A stretch of 64,000 nucleotides of DNA. Origin: the human T2T-CHM13v2.0 reference genome, Homo sapiens. The DNA lies in NCBI RefSeq assembly GCF_009914755.1, contig NC_060934.1. One strand, 5' to 3'. Made by a program: the position numbers and the translations under genes. Positions 39,671-54,721 of the stretch are shown here, in pieces (position 1 is the first letter of the stretch; each line of letters begins with the position of its first letter). A model generated the notes under the pieces. The model made no database searches, was not told where the DNA came from, and was given only the letters and a program-made list of their open reading frames with translations.

Positions 39671-42600
39671 TGCTGTTAAGTGCAATGAGGAAGGACAGAC
39701 TATGATATAATAGCAGATGTGTATCAGGATACTGGAGCAGAATGATATGCAGAAGAAACTCGTGTTTTGTGAAATTCCTGAAGCTACAGACCATATGCCA
39801 TCTCAGGCAGATAGTAGCCCTTGAGTAGTGGTGCAGAGGACTACTTATGGGTGGGAGGCAGGGATTATTAGTAGCTCTCTCTGCTTTGATATGGGTAAAT
39901 GAAGTTACTTCAGTCTTCTTTCAGATGACTATGCAAGTGCATTTCAACTCTTTCTCACCTCAAACCAGATAGGTTGGTGCTTCCCCATTCTCTCAGAGAG
40001 AAATTCTGGATCCAGCACTGCTGGGCTGCCCTGTAGAAGTAGGTAGATATAGAAAGAAGGGCCCAAAAGGTGAGCTCATCAAAAGGAAATAGGAGGTAGA
40101 GATGGTGGGGCAGCCCAGGGTCCTGGCAGGAGATGCAAAAAATCACATCATCATATCACATGATCACATTTGATGACATGATCAAATCAGCATCATAAAA
40201 ACCACATATTTAGACTCTTCTTACCTACTAATACCTCTTCCCTTCAGTAGGCCAGGGACATTTGATAAATAGATAAAATTTTTAAATGAGTTAAAATTTT
40301 CAAACACAAATGAGTTTTAGCTTTAAATGATCACTTAATACTAGATGAACTAAATCCGCATTAACCATGGTTTACATGGCTGTGAGATAATTTTAATAGC
40401 CTAACAAACCAAAGGAAATAAACATGTCTGCACAAATAATTATTTTATTATTTAAACTAAGTAATTACATATCAGGCACTTTGCTAGCCACTGGGGGTAG
40501 AGTGGTAAATAAGATAAATGTGAAATGTATACACTATTGAGCAAACTTATATGCCAAGAAGAAATTTCTAACACATGTATTTAGATGTATGTTCTTTTTT
40601 TTTTCCTGTGTGAACTCATGTATTCTGAGACTTCAGCTACCTGTGCTGAGGCCTCTCAAATCTTTATTTTTGGCTTACGCTTTTCTTCTTAGCTGCAGAA
40701 TCCTACTGGATGTCCACTTGGATGTCCTGAAGCCACCTGAAACTCAGCATATCTACGAATGATCAAATGGGATGCCAGCACTCAGTTATCCAAGCAAGAA
40801 ATATGCTCCATGCTTGACTCTTTACCCTCACTAACAAAACTGGGCAAAGTCCTGCTGGTCTCTCTCTTTAATACTTCTCAAATCTGTCCCTTTAGTTTCA
40901 TCCCTCTGTTACTGTTCTCATTCAGATTCTTATTACATCTCACCAAAGCCACTGCAGCACATTCTTAACTGTGTCCAAGTGGTAATAATTAAAAACAGCT
41001 TACTGTCTTTATCATTATCACTCTTAACCCACCCTAAAATTTCCTAAAGGTATCCCGTTGACCTCAGGATACATTAAAGCTACTTAGTGGTGACTGGTTT
41101 CTGCCTACCACTTCCTCCCCTACCACCTAACACTCACACATACAAATACTTGGTTCAACTGTTTGCTCTCCTTGAAATGAATGCCTCCTCTGTGCCCAGC
41201 TAGCAGTTACCCATCCTTTAAAACTCATCCCCTCTAAGATGTGCCCTACCACCTGCAGATTTGGGTTAAGTGTCTCAATAAAATCTTAAATGAATAAATG
41301 CATGGCTAATAAGTTATTTTATTGTGTATTTTTCCTTTCAAAGATTCAAATGCAGTGATAGGTAACTTGAAACATGTAGGCATTGTTGGTTAGGAATTAC
41401 AAATTTAGGAAAACTGTCTCCTAGGATCTACATAGGCATCTTTGGGGTCTTAGGGAGAGGGAGAGACTCTGGACTGGGGACTAGAAATTGATGGCCCTAG
41501 ATTAAGGGATGTTCTGTCTCTTTCACCAGGTGACCCTGGTGAAAAGAGAAACTTTAAAGCTGCTTAGAATGTATCTGCTGGGTGGTATAGGTTGTTGATT
41601 TAAAACAAAAGACTTTTTACTTAAACTAAGGACAAAGGGGCTATGTTCCAGCAGCTCAAATGTGACCAATACAGTGTATTGGTTCTTAACCCTTTTGTGG
41701 TCAGAGGCCCCTCTAAGAATCTAGTGATTCTTTCCTCAGAAAAAAAAAGGATGTTTATAGACATAGAATTCTGTGGTACAGAAAAGGAAAGCTTTCTTTC
41801 CTCTTTCTGCTCTTCAGAGATTATGGCAGTAATCCCTAACCTAAGAATAAATTATTTGCAAAAACACATTGTTATACTAATTTTTTAACTTCTACAAAGA
41901 AGGATTAATTGATAATATAGTTGACGTGATAAGAGACTCGGCGATTTTATGTGGTAATATGTAAGAAGGAATAACTTAACCCTAAGATGATAGAATTTAA
42001 GTATTACCAACCATTTATTGTTTTTGAACAAATATCATAAATATACAAGTACTTAAGGTACAGAAAACTCATGATGCTTTGATATTCAATATTTGAAAAT
42101 CTTACACTACATACACATGCTACTCAAAGTGAAACCTCTGAATTAGCTGCATCCACCATCAGCAACATCACCTGGGAACTTATTAGATAGAAGTGCACAT
42201 TTTGGGGCTTCACTGTAGACTTACTGAATCAGAATCTCTGGAGAGAAGGCCAGAAATCTGTAATAACAAGCCCTGCAGGTGATTCTCTGGTACACTAAAG
42301 TTTAAGAAGCACTGCTTTGGATCAGACATTTATAATACTAGCATCCTTTAAAGTAGGCAGTTTGTATTTTTAATCATAGAATTGTTAAAATAAATGCTAA
42401 TAAAGGAATGAAATATTAGCTATTGTTTTATTGAATGTTTGTTATATGAGGCATCATGAGCTTTACATTCATTGTTTTATTTTACCCAACCAAGAACCCT
42501 TCTAGTTAGGTGGTATTATTTAAGCATCAACAGATGTTCATTAACTTTTACATGTGCCAGTCATCATTCTAGCCACTGCAACACAGCAATAAATAGAACA

Positions 42601-43965
42601 GGCATAGTCTGTGCCCTCCTAGAACTTAACATTCTAATAGGACAGACAGACAATAAGTAAGTAAAGTGGAATTTCAGGTGCTATACATGACAAATGCTAT
42701 GAGTTAAAAACAGAAAGGTCTTTCTTGGAAGTGGCCATCTGAGCAGGGACTAAAATAATAGGAAGGATCAATCTATGAAAAGGTTTAAGGGAAGAGTATT
42801 TCAGATTCTTATTCCAGAGGTAAGACTGAGAGAGGTTAAGTAACAGCCAGTAAGTGCTAGAGCTGAGTTCTGAATCCTGGATATGTGACTCAGGTACATC
42901 TACATAATATATGTTATGACATTTTCCTAATTTTATTTTTCTTTTTTCTGCTTTATTTTCTAAAAATTTTTAAGCAACATGTTAATTAAAATTATAGCTA
43001 ATATTTATAAAATAAACCTGTTTTCATGACTATGTAACTGTTGTGTACCCAATACTGATCTGAATTTATGATTCTGAATGAATAGCCATTTTAATGAAAA
43101 AAAGATATAAATTGAACTTTACCATAATGTATTCTTAATAAGAATAAAAAACATGTTTTGGAATAAAAAAGGCCAAAATAGAAATTATATTTATCATCTC
43201 AGTAGGTGCAAATATAATGTTTTAAGATATACTAGAAATGATGTCATTGGTATACTGATGTTACATATTTCAAACAGTATTTTGGCAGAAACTAGTCATT
43301 CATTCATGAAAATGATTATAATGTTCATTTTGATGACTTTTTTTAAATAAGAAAGAATAATTATAGGTCTTAATCTTGGTGTCATCTATTATTAGTAATA
43401 ATGTTAAAGTTATGTGTATAGTTCGTTTAGCTTTTGAAACTATGTATTAGATAGCAAGGAATGTTTAAATAGTTGAGCAAAACGTCATAGTGGACACTAA
43501 AGCACACAACCAAAGGACAACAGACGTAAAAGAGTGAAATCTTCTATATTGACTTATGAGAATATATCTTGGTCAGAATGAGTTGGAACTGATATCAGGG
43601 TTGGGTTGAGAAAAAGTGTGTAACCTAAACTACAAAAATATTCATGGTTAGAAATCATGATCAGTATACAGGTATGTTTAAGAGTCTAGCACAAGGGTTC
43701 AATATAAGCATTATAAACAATTAGTCTAACTTTGTAAAAAAGACAAAAGATAATTTTCATTTGGGTACTCTGAAGACTTCTGGTGTTTTATATGTACTGA
43801 TTTTTACCAGTATTATGTCAAAAATTTAAAGCCAGGGCGCAAAGCTATATTTTCTCAGAATATATATGTATTCATATATACATATATGAATATATAATGT
43901 CAGAACCACTGACATTCAATTAATAGCAAATGATCAATGTTATATTTTAGTTTATATTGAACTAA

Positions 43966-44406
43966 CATTTATTTATTTAGAGACAGGGTCTCACTCTGTC
44001 GCCCAGGCTGGAGTGCAGTGGCAAGATCTCGGCTCACTGCAACCTCCCTACCCCACTTCCATCCCCCACAGTCTCAAGCGATCTTCCTATCTCAGCTTTC
44101 TGAGTAGCTGTGTTACAGGTGTGCACCACCATGCCCAGCTAGTTTTTTTTGTATTTTGTGTAGAGACGGGGTTTGGCCATGTTGCCCAGCCTGGTCTTGA
44201 ACTCCTGGGCTCAAGTGATCAATCTGCCTTGACCTCCCAAAGTGCTGGGATTATAGGTGTCAGCCACTGTGCCCAGCCTATTTATTTTAGAGACGGGATC
44301 TTACCATGTTGCCCAGGCTGCTCTTGAACTCCTGGACTCAAGCAATCCTCCCACCTCAGCCTCCCATAGTGCTGGAATTACAGGCATGAGCCACCAGTGC
44401 CTGGCC
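43966..44406 (-). mobile_element. AluJ (43966-44278) followed by an Alu monomer (44280-44406)
   Basis: Antisense Alu motifs, with AluJ-type gaactcctgggctcaagtgatc. Confidence 0.9.
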
Positions 44407-44569
44407 TAACTTACTTTAATTGTCAAAAAAATTACTAGTAAACTCAGTCGTCTCCCTTGCTTTAGTTGAAAATGTAAGCTTCTTTCCCACTTGACTGCAA
44501 TAGTAACATGTGTAGGGTCTACAATTTTGGTTCCCTTTAGTATTCCTAACCATTGTGTTCTCATTTATA

Positions 44570-46520
44570 TTATAAATCATTACTAAGCACTTTGTCTTCC
44601 AGATACAATTCTGGGCACTTGAGACTCATCAAACAACCTAGTAGGCAATAAACAAATGATAGTGTGTATTATATTAGGTGATAAATACTGTAGAAAAGGG
44701 GAAAGTCAAGCTGAGTAAAGGAAATTGGCCAGTGAGGTGTTACAATTTTAAGTAAACTTGTGTTGAGGATAGGCCTCATTAAGAGTGACTTTTGAACAAA
44801 GACCAGGTAAAGGAGTTAGCCAGATATCTGAGGGGAGAGGTGTTTCAGGTAGAGGGAATGGCAAGATTAAAGACTCTAAAGCAGGAGTGTGACTGAGTTG
44901 TTGAGAAATGACCTGAGGCCCATGTGGCTGGACAGCAGTGAGTGAAGGAGTGTTAGAGGTGATGGGGTTGGGCATGGCCGCAGGCACGTGGCGCAGTTCT
45001 TGTAGAGCCATCTTAAGGATTTTGCTTTTACTCTGAGAGAAATGAAGATCCGTTTCAGGCAGGGTTTTGAGTAGAAGAATTATATGATCTGATTTATGTT
45101 TAAAGGAATCACTCAGACTACTATGTCGAAAGCAGACCTGTTAGAAGGCCATTGCAGTAATCCAGGCAGGAGATGGTAATGGCTTGCATCAAGGTGGTGG
45201 TAAAAAGTGATCAGAATCTTGATAGGTTTTGAAGGTAAATTCATATTTGCTAATGAATTGTATGTGGGTCATGAAAAGAAAACGGAATGTAAGTTATAAC
45301 ATATTCAAATGGAGATGTCCATTTGGGAGTTGGACTTATGACTCCTGGAATGATCAGCATATGCATCATTATTTAAACAATGAAAGTTTGAAGGGAGGAC
45401 CAAGGACTGAGCCCTGAGGTACCACTAAAAGGAGAAATCAGTGAGATAGGAGGACAATGGGAATAGTAGGTCCTGGAAGGCAAAGTAAACACATAGTGTT
45501 GAGGAGGTGGGATCAACTGTGTTAAGTGGGTTGAGTAAGATGGGGTTGAGAATAGATTCCTAGATTTAGCAATGCATAGGTCATGGTGGTCTTTTCAAGA
45601 GCAGTTTCAATGAAGTGGTAGGAGCAAAAGTCTGGATAATGTCAGCAGTTGGAAATTTTTTTATTTTCTGGTTTTGAATATTGTACTATGAATACATAAG
45701 TATTTAATCTTAATAAAGTAAAGAAAAGGTGAAAAAAGAATGGGAAGAGAGGAGTTAAAGAGAATAAGTGCCACTATGTCAAGGAGTTTTACTGCAAAAG
45801 AAAGCAAATAAATAGCTAATAAGGGAAGTAGGGTCAACAGAAGTGGTTTTAGGGGGTTCTTTTTGAGCTGGGGAAATATGTTTAAATGTCATTAAGAATC
45901 TTCAGTAGATGGCAAAAGATGTAAGTGAAAAGGGACAATTACTTGATCAGTGTTCTTAGGTCATGGTGACAGGATCTGGCATATAGGGCAGAGGATGGCT
46001 TTAGATAGGTACATGAAGTTCTGGAAATAGGCAAGAACACAAAGTATAGATGCTAGTAGGTGAATAGGTGTGGTGGTAAAAGTTCTCTTTGTTTCAGTTA
46101 TTTTATTGCCTTTTGTTTTCAGTAAAATAGAGGTCCTCAGTGGAGAGTGAGGATGGAGGAGGATATGTTGGGGGTTTGAAGAGAGAGGAGAAGGTGTGAA
46201 ATACTAGCAAGAAGCGTAATGGACTTGGGGCATTGAGTATGACAGCCTGGCAGATGAAGGATTCACTTGAGGTTCATGGTCATGAATTTAAGGTGAGAGA
46301 CCAGTCAGCATGGTTGCATGTTTTTCTTCCACAAAGTTCCACTGTAATCTTGTAGAGGCAGAGTACATAGAGAGTTAGATAGAGTTAGCCAGGATTAGAG
46401 TTTAGTTGAGCAAGTATGACCAAAGAAGAGAGGGGAAGGGGAGTCGAAGTACAAAAGAGTGACACTATCAAGGGTATGTGTGAGGAATTGATTATTTTGA
46501 TTGATCATGGAATTTATATT
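44570..46520 (-). mobile_element. Degenerate L2 LINE, antisense
   Basis: Purine-rich L2 antisense motifs (gtgacttttgaacaaagacc, gggttttgagtagaagaat..atgatctgatttatgtttaaag, tagatttagcaatg). Similar to 57307-59460. Confidence 0.7.
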
Positions 46521-48786
46521 GGTAAGACGGGGAATGGGGCCATCCCAGTCTTACCACTGAGCTACCAGCCTCTATGACCTAGGGGTCCCACTCGACTCTA
46601 CAAGCCAGCCTACAGAAGTAGGGTAACCTTTTCTGCCTTCCTAGACCTTTCAAGGTCTGCTGGCTTGCTCAGTCTAAGATCCCCAGACCATGCTTAAACC
46701 CCCAGACTCTTTCCTAACCCTGTTCAAGCAAGGTGTGCTTCGCTGCCTGTTGCTTTGTCTTAGCAAAAAATAAAAATAAAAAAAAATAAAGTGTTGTACT
46801 CGGTAGAAGAAAATGCTGTCCTTAGGGTTCTCTGTGAAATTGCAACTCGTGTAGGCCTTTGAAAGAAAGAAACGTGCCAATATACGGCACATTATGTAAT
46901 ATATATACACATATACATACATAAGAGAATAATTAGTTCATTATACAAATAAAACAAGAAGATGCATGGAAGCGAATTACAGCTATTCTGGATTTTTTAA
47001 ATTAGTGTTAGTTTCACGTGTAAGAATAGGTATCAAAAGCAGGAAACTGATGCCTCTTCTCTTTGAACATGACCACAGTTTACTTATAAACTGTTAGCAG
47101 ATAAGAGTTTTCAAGACAAAAATGTATATAAAATGAGCATTATCAAGAAATGTGTATGAAGATTGTGAACTGCTTAAGGAAGGAAGAAAAAATATGCATC
47201 TAAGTTGACAGATAAAACCAACACACCTAAAAGATTTTAACAAAGGAAGTCAGCCTTTGGTCAGTTTTAATAAACAGAGCATTACTAATCAATGAAGACA
47301 CTTAAAGACATGAGAGAAAAGATTATTATTGTTTTATCATCAGTGATAGCAGAATTAGCACTCAAGAGCAGAAATTTGTATATTTTGACATCAAAGCTGG
47401 GAAGCTCACTCTCTGTGATACATAAGAGACCTGGGTGGACCACACATACATCTAAGATAGCAACAACAAATGACCTTGTACCTTTTGTGTAGACACCCTC
47501 AAGAACTTGAAAATAGGAAATAGGATAGCTCTATAATAGTTCAACTATGAAATCAACATGTAATAGTGCATCAGAGAGGGTATATGCAAAGGAATTGGGA
47601 AGCGGCAAAACAAAATAGCTTCTAGACCAGTGGGACTGTACTGGAATGTAAACATATGTTTATTTTTAACATAAATTAAACATAAAGTGAAGGAAAGAAT
47701 GCATAATAGAAAAGCATTGGTCAATCTTGGACACACACCTCACCCTACCCCAGTAAAAGAAGTGTACTGCATTCAAAGATAGGCTCTTCCTATTCAGGTG
47801 AAGAAATGTGTCTTAAATTTCATACTTGAGTTGCAAGACTATCACTAGGGTAGAAATGGCTAGGGTAGAAATGGCGGCAGGGAATTAATACCAGTGAATG
47901 ATACACATTTCAAGTTCCATCGGCATGATATCTGTTATTTATGATTAGTGCATCAAACTAATCATAGTCTGATATTATTCAGTATTGTGATGCTGATTCT
48001 CCTTATCATTTTATGCTCATCCAGTGATCTAATTTATGGTAAAGCTCACATTTATTGAATACTTACAAGTTACCAGACACTGTAAACCAGTAAACTTTAC
48101 ATATATTATCTCCTTTAAGCCTCACAAGAACCCTGTGAGATAGGTACCTTTGTTATCTTCCTTGTACACAGAAACACAAAGTAGTTTGCCTAATGGCAGT
48201 ACTGGGATTCAGATCTAGGCAGTCTGCCTCAACATTATCTGGAACAACTATGCTATACTACCTTGGTTTTTCATGTATATCTGCATTATAGGGAGAGTAC
48301 ATTGATCACAAATTCTTTAATTATTTTTTGTCCTGTCATAATGGTTTCTTAATGGTGATAATAAAGTGACTTCTGATGATGGTTTAGCAGAGAGCCAAAT
48401 CCTGGAATGGGCACCCTAACGATGGTACTAGTCAGTAAGATTTTTGTGACTACCTCCTACTCTCCCTTGGCCAATGTTTCCGAGTCATCTTTTGGCTGCA
48501 TCAGTGAGAGGGTTTTGTAGAGTTATAGTCCTGGTGCGAATCTCCTAGATATTCTGAATTAATTGGTCTGGGATGGAGCCTGTGAGTCAATTCTTTAAAA
48601 ATTCTAATTAGTGATCATGATGCCCATTTAAATTTTAGAACCACTGCTTTAGATGATGCAGTGGCCATTTTTCTATTAATTTGTCCAACAACCTGGTTCA
48701 AATCTAACAAATGGTAAAAGTAGGGAATTCACTTAGTAAACATTAGGCAAAAGTTTAATGATGTTTGTGATGAGGTAAGTATAAAG

Positions 48787-49445
48787 GGCCAGGTGTGCTG
48801 GTTAATCCCAGTACTTTGAGAGGCTGAGGCAGGAGGATCGCTTTAATGTGGGAGTTTGAGACCAGCCTGGGCAATATGGGAAGATCCTGTCTCTACAAAA
48901 ATTTTAAAAATTAGCCGGGCATGGTGGCCGATATGGTTTGGCTGTGTCCCCACCCAAATCTCAAATTGAATTGTAACTCCCACAATTTCCATGTGTTGTG
49001 GGAGGAACCCAGTGGGAGGTAATTGAATCATGGGGGCGGGTCTTTCTCACGCTGTTTTCTCAATAGTGAATAAGTCTCACGAGATCTGGTGGTTTTAAAA
49101 AGAGGAGTTCCCTTGCACAAACTCTCTTTTTGCCTGCTGTCATTCACGTAAGATGTGACTTGCTCCTCCTTGCCTTCTACCTTGATTGTGAGGCCTCCCC
49201 AGCCATTTGGAACTGTAAGTCCAATAAACCTCTTTCTTTTGTGAATTGCACAGTCTCAGGTATGTCTTTATCAGCAGCGTGAAAACAGACTAATACAGTG
49301 GCCCATGCCTGTAGTCCAAACTACTCAGGAGGCTGAGGCAGGAGGATCACTTGAGCCCAGGAGTTTGAGGTTGCAGTGAACCATGATCATGCCACTGCCC
49401 TCCAGCCTGGATGACCAGAGTAAGACCCTGTCTTAAACAAAGAAA
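48787..49445 (+). mobile_element. AluJ split by a THE1 LTR
   Basis: Left part 48787-48928 ends attagccgggcatggtggc. Right part resumes at 49303 ccatgcctgtagtcc...agaccctgtct + A-rich tail. Confidence 0.9.
48929..49297 (+). mobile_element. THE1 (THE1B-like) MaLR solo LTR, 369 bp, with 5-bp TSD
   Basis: (c)gatatggtttggctgtgtccccacccaaatctc...ctttatcagcagcgtgaaaacagactaataca. TSD gtggc at 48924-48928 and 49298-49302. Confidence 0.95.
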
Positions 49446-50817
49446 TAATAATAAATTAAAAAAATATGATATGAATTTTTGATTTTGATGCCAGGGACCA
49501 AATGTTACTAATTCTGAGATGCATTGCATAGTGGTTTGGATTTTAGGCCTGGAGCTGCGCAGCCCAGGGATGGATACCATCTTTGCTGCACAGCTGTGCA
49601 GCTGTGAGCAGCCTAGTCAGGCTCTCCAGCACTACATTCCTCACTTGCCCAGGGAGGATAGTAACTGTCCATACTATAATCCATACAGAGTCCTGAGGCC
49701 AAGCCTGATATTTGGTTAGTGCTCATTAAATATTAGCTAAGTTGTTACTTAAGTGTTTTCCCACCTGAGGACATCTTTGGTGAGCCTAACTCCCTTTCTG
49801 ACCCAGGTGCTTCTTATGGCTATAGAATCTGTGTGGAGTAGCTGTTGAGAATGAAGACTCTACTTGGTCTGTATACATAGTCTTAACCTTAGACTAGGAC
49901 CTTTTTAACATCATTCTTGGACCAATTGGGTTAACCACTACAGCAGTTGAGCAGTTAGAGAGTTTGGCATGAAATCTTTAAGATATTTTTAAAATGTGCT
50001 GTACTGCTAGTATGGACTTCAAATTATAAACTAAGAATTAGAAGTGAGTTTTGTAGTGATGAGAAGTTTTTTAAGCATCTATGGGAAACCAAATCCTCAT
50101 TTTACTTTTTCCAGTTTCACCGAGCTTCAAGCCTGGATTTCCTCAGGTTCTAATTTATGTAAGGTTGTGCTTTAACAGTTTTTAAAAGCCATGTGGGAGA
50201 TGTATCTTCTAGAGATTTTTTTAAAGGAACAAATAAGCTACTGAAAAGGGCTCTATACAGTTTAAAAGGAGATCTAATTGTACAAGTAGACATATTTAAG
50301 GCTCCTAAAATAAGGAGTAAGACATTCTTTTTCTATATATCGTAGATCTATGTAAATAAAGTGTGAAGAAAATGTATCACACATACATTGGTTAACAAAA
50401 TGGATTCAAATATTGGTTTTAACCACTAACTAGCTTCATAATTTTAGACAACTTGCTCAAATTCTCTACTCATTTTTTTATCTATAAGAGGCCAAATGCT
50501 ATCTAATTAATAGGAATGTAGTAAAGATTAGATTATTAAATTGTATTGAATTAAATATATGTTGATTAGGACATACATGGACATAGTATGTTGGATACAT
50601 GTGCATATTTAAGATAATGCCTGGTACGTAAACCCATTAAGTGTTAACTATGATAATAACAGTATATCATCCAAACGAAAAACAAAGCAAGTCAGAATAT
50701 TACATTGTTCAGCATCTTAAAGTTGTCTTTTACTAAAACTATCTGAAAAAAAATTGTCAGGAAAGACAGTTTTTGGTATTAGTCTCTGAAAAAATGCTTT
50801 CAAAAATTCACATCAAC

Positions 50818-51152
<335 letters not shown>

Positions 51153-51286
51153 TCACCAGAATAGGCAGGTGACTGGGCCTATTGAAACCTCTTTTTTACC
51201 AGCAAAAGTGGAATAAGATACTGCATCTCAGTTGTTGGTGTGAAAATAAACTCACCTCTTGATAGGAGGGATTCTGTCTCCATCTA

Positions 51287-51583
51287 GAATAGCACCCTTT
51301 GGTAGAGATAAAATGTGAGCCATGTGTATAATTTAAAATTTTCTAGTAGCCACACTAAAAAAGAAACAAGTAAAATTAATTTTAATAATACATTTAACCC
51401 AATATCTCTAAAATATTTTCATTTCAAAATGTAATTAATATAAAATTATTGAGATTACCTGTTCAGGTTATGTCTGAAGTCTAGTGTGTATTTTATACTT
51501 ACATTACATCTGAACTTAAACTAGCCACATTTCAAATGCTTAGTAGCCACATGTGGCTAGTGACTTCTCTATTGGCAGTCCAG
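51287..51583. mobile_element. MER33/MER3-type hAT-Charlie DNA transposon
   Basis: aatttaaaattttctagtagccacactaaaaaag..., ctagccacatttcaaatgcttagtagccacatgtggctagtg. Confidence 0.8.
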
Positions 51584-51937
51584 ATCTAGAATATAGATTA
51601 GTATTCCCCATCACTGTTCTTGGGTACTGGTGCTGCTTTGACTTTAAGCAATTAGCATAACTTTACTCTTTAATGTATGCACCTTTGGATGCTTGAGCCC
51701 TACAACTCTTTCATGAGCAGCCTAGCTTAGTATAGCTTCTGGGAAGATAGGGTCCTACCCTTAGCCTTTTGGCTGATCCAGGTGAGGACTTGTTCTGGGC
51801 ATGTCACATACCTCTCTATTTGGTCAAGCCTGGTAGACAACCAAGGATTGCCAACCCGTTGAGTACAATAAACCTTTTGAACTACAAAGATCAGAGCTCC
51901 ATGTCAGGATCAGGCTTTTAAAATCCCTCCACTCTCA

Positions 51938-51985
51938 TTTCTTTCTTTCTTTCTTTCTTTTTTTTTTTTTTTTTTTTTTTTTTTT
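51938..51985. repeat. (TTTC)n plus poly(T) tract
   Basis: Seen directly. Confidence 0.92.
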
Positions 51986-53788
51986 GCCTCTTTCCCAAAT
52001 TTCAGAGACTTATCTATCATCCCTGGGAAAAGAGCAAATACCAGCAATGTTCTGAAGGAATTCAGCTTCTCTGTCTTCTACTTCAACTTGGCATAATAAG
52101 GCAGTCCTCTCTTCCCAAAGATTATTTTGACTTGAGAAGACATTTAGAAACCCTTTTGGGGACAAGAAATTTGGGAAGAAGGCAAAGTATTCAATTGTAC
52201 ATAATAGCTCTAGGCCAAGCTTTTATATCTAAGCTTTTTCTTTTTTTAAGGTTTTCTGATACTGTCTTTTACCCACATTTTGTGAGAATTGTCATGAAGG
52301 CAGTGTTATCCTAATAGCTGTGTGTAATGGTGAAAAGAGAGAGTATGGGATTCAGGTACATTCATCCAACAAAACTGCTCAAATGTCACCAACTTAGGGG
52401 TCGCTAAGGGGTCCTATCCTGATCACTTTATTTAAAATAGCTGCCGGCTCCCAGCACCCTGTCTCTATCTTATTTTTGGGGGGCGGAGGGGGAGGCAGGT
52501 AAAAATACCACTTATCACTAACTAAAATTGTTTGTTTGCCTTCCTAAATAAAGTATAAGCTCCATAAGAATTTGGGCTTTGTTTTGTTGGCCCCTGCATC
52601 CCCAACTCCTAATATAATGTCTAGCATTCAGTAAATTCCTATTGAATCAATGAATAAACAAACAAGAGGAAATGCTGCTAATCTCTGTATGTACTAAATG
52701 ATTTTAAAATTAGATACCTGGTAGAGTTCTTCCATGACCATTGTTGCTTTGGTCAGTATATGTGATATGTCACATTTTCAAACCTAATCTCATTTGTAAG
52801 AATCCTAGTGTTTAGTTTTGACCAATCATTTAAGTAAACTTTTAGATAGTGTTGATCTTGAGGAGAAAGAAGTAGCTTGAAATGCAGCTGTGAAAGGGGA
52901 GTAGGAGAGCCAATCTATACCATGTGAAAATTTCAGGTTATACGGGGTAATAGAATGGAGGAGGAGTATTAGGATGAGGAATTGAATTAATATTTTATAG
53001 TTCAGGTACTGTAAATATTGTCTAAGGTTTTGGGGCAAAACATTGGCATAGTATGTAGTAGAAGCTTAGGTGAAAGATGAGAGAGATTTATAGCCAGAGA
53101 GATTAGTAGTGTTTGTAGGAAATGTGGGCTGTATAGGCTTGTGGCCCCAAATCCACAAGTCATATTTCCATTGTCTTTGTTTAGAATCTTTATTTGAAAT
53201 TTTATTTATCCCTGTCAGTTTTTCAGTCATTCTTCCAATTTACCTCTCATGCCTTTGTCCCAACTTGATACCATTATTCATACTTCGTGCTCCATGGAAT
53301 TATAGTACCTATGAGCAGAAACTCATTACACCCTGCCAAGGCCAGCAAAGTCCATTGTGACTCCCAGTTTGTCCCTGGAGCACCCTGCCAATAAAAGTAA
53401 TGCAAACAGGTTGAAAACTCTCAAGTTGTATTGAGTTATTTATGTTGCATTTAAATAAATGTTTAGCAAAGGAAATAAATGCAGACTTAGTTTTTATCTT
53501 TTTCTGTCCTACTTCTTTAAATGAGAAGAACCTATTTTATGTAAATACACCAGCTTTTTTAGTTTAATATGATGATGAGTAGAGTAGTATTTGGTGTGTG
53601 AATGCATTTAAGAAAACAATAAGCAAAATAATTTATGCTTTTTGTTTGTGGCAGTAGACTTTTATTGCAGTTGGGTGTTATTACAGTGTTACAATTGTAA
53701 GGTTTTTGAAGCTTAATTAAATAATGATATTCTACTTGTAGTAGGTAGTTTTAAGGTCTGTTTCTAATTACACTTAGTTTAACATTAA

Positions 53789-53935
<147 letters not shown>

Positions 53936-54394
53936 TAAGGATGTTATATTTTACAGTTCATCTAATTTACATAAATTGAATAGGCTCTTAATTTTTATTG
54001 TATGTCATAATATTTCATGTTGTCTTGACTCAGTTAATATAGGACTTATGATTTTCATTTTAAAGCATTTTATTTTAAAGTATTTTATTAAGGAGTATTA
54101 AAAATAAGGTTTTACATCTTAAATATTTAAGAAATACATTTCCAAACTAAAAGTACAACTTTCTCTTAGGCTGTAAGAGTGACTTTAGGTTACAGGTATT
54201 TTCAGTATTTTAATAGTCCATGTTATGTTGAGCTACATGGTAGTAGAAAGAGGGAGAACTCATAGAAAGACTAATATTAGGACTGTTAATTTTTTAATTT
54301 ACCATATATTCAAAAAGTATATAAACATTTATGTAAAACCTAAAAGATTTTTTTAAGACTACCATTTACTTACCCCTCAACTTTAGCAGTATAA

Positions 54395-54721
<327 letters not shown>

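Noticed and set aside
46540-46790. Non-repeat-looking segment ending in an A-rich tract (possible retrocopy)
   Set aside because: No TSD, ORF or recognisable parent sequence; cannot be supported without a search.
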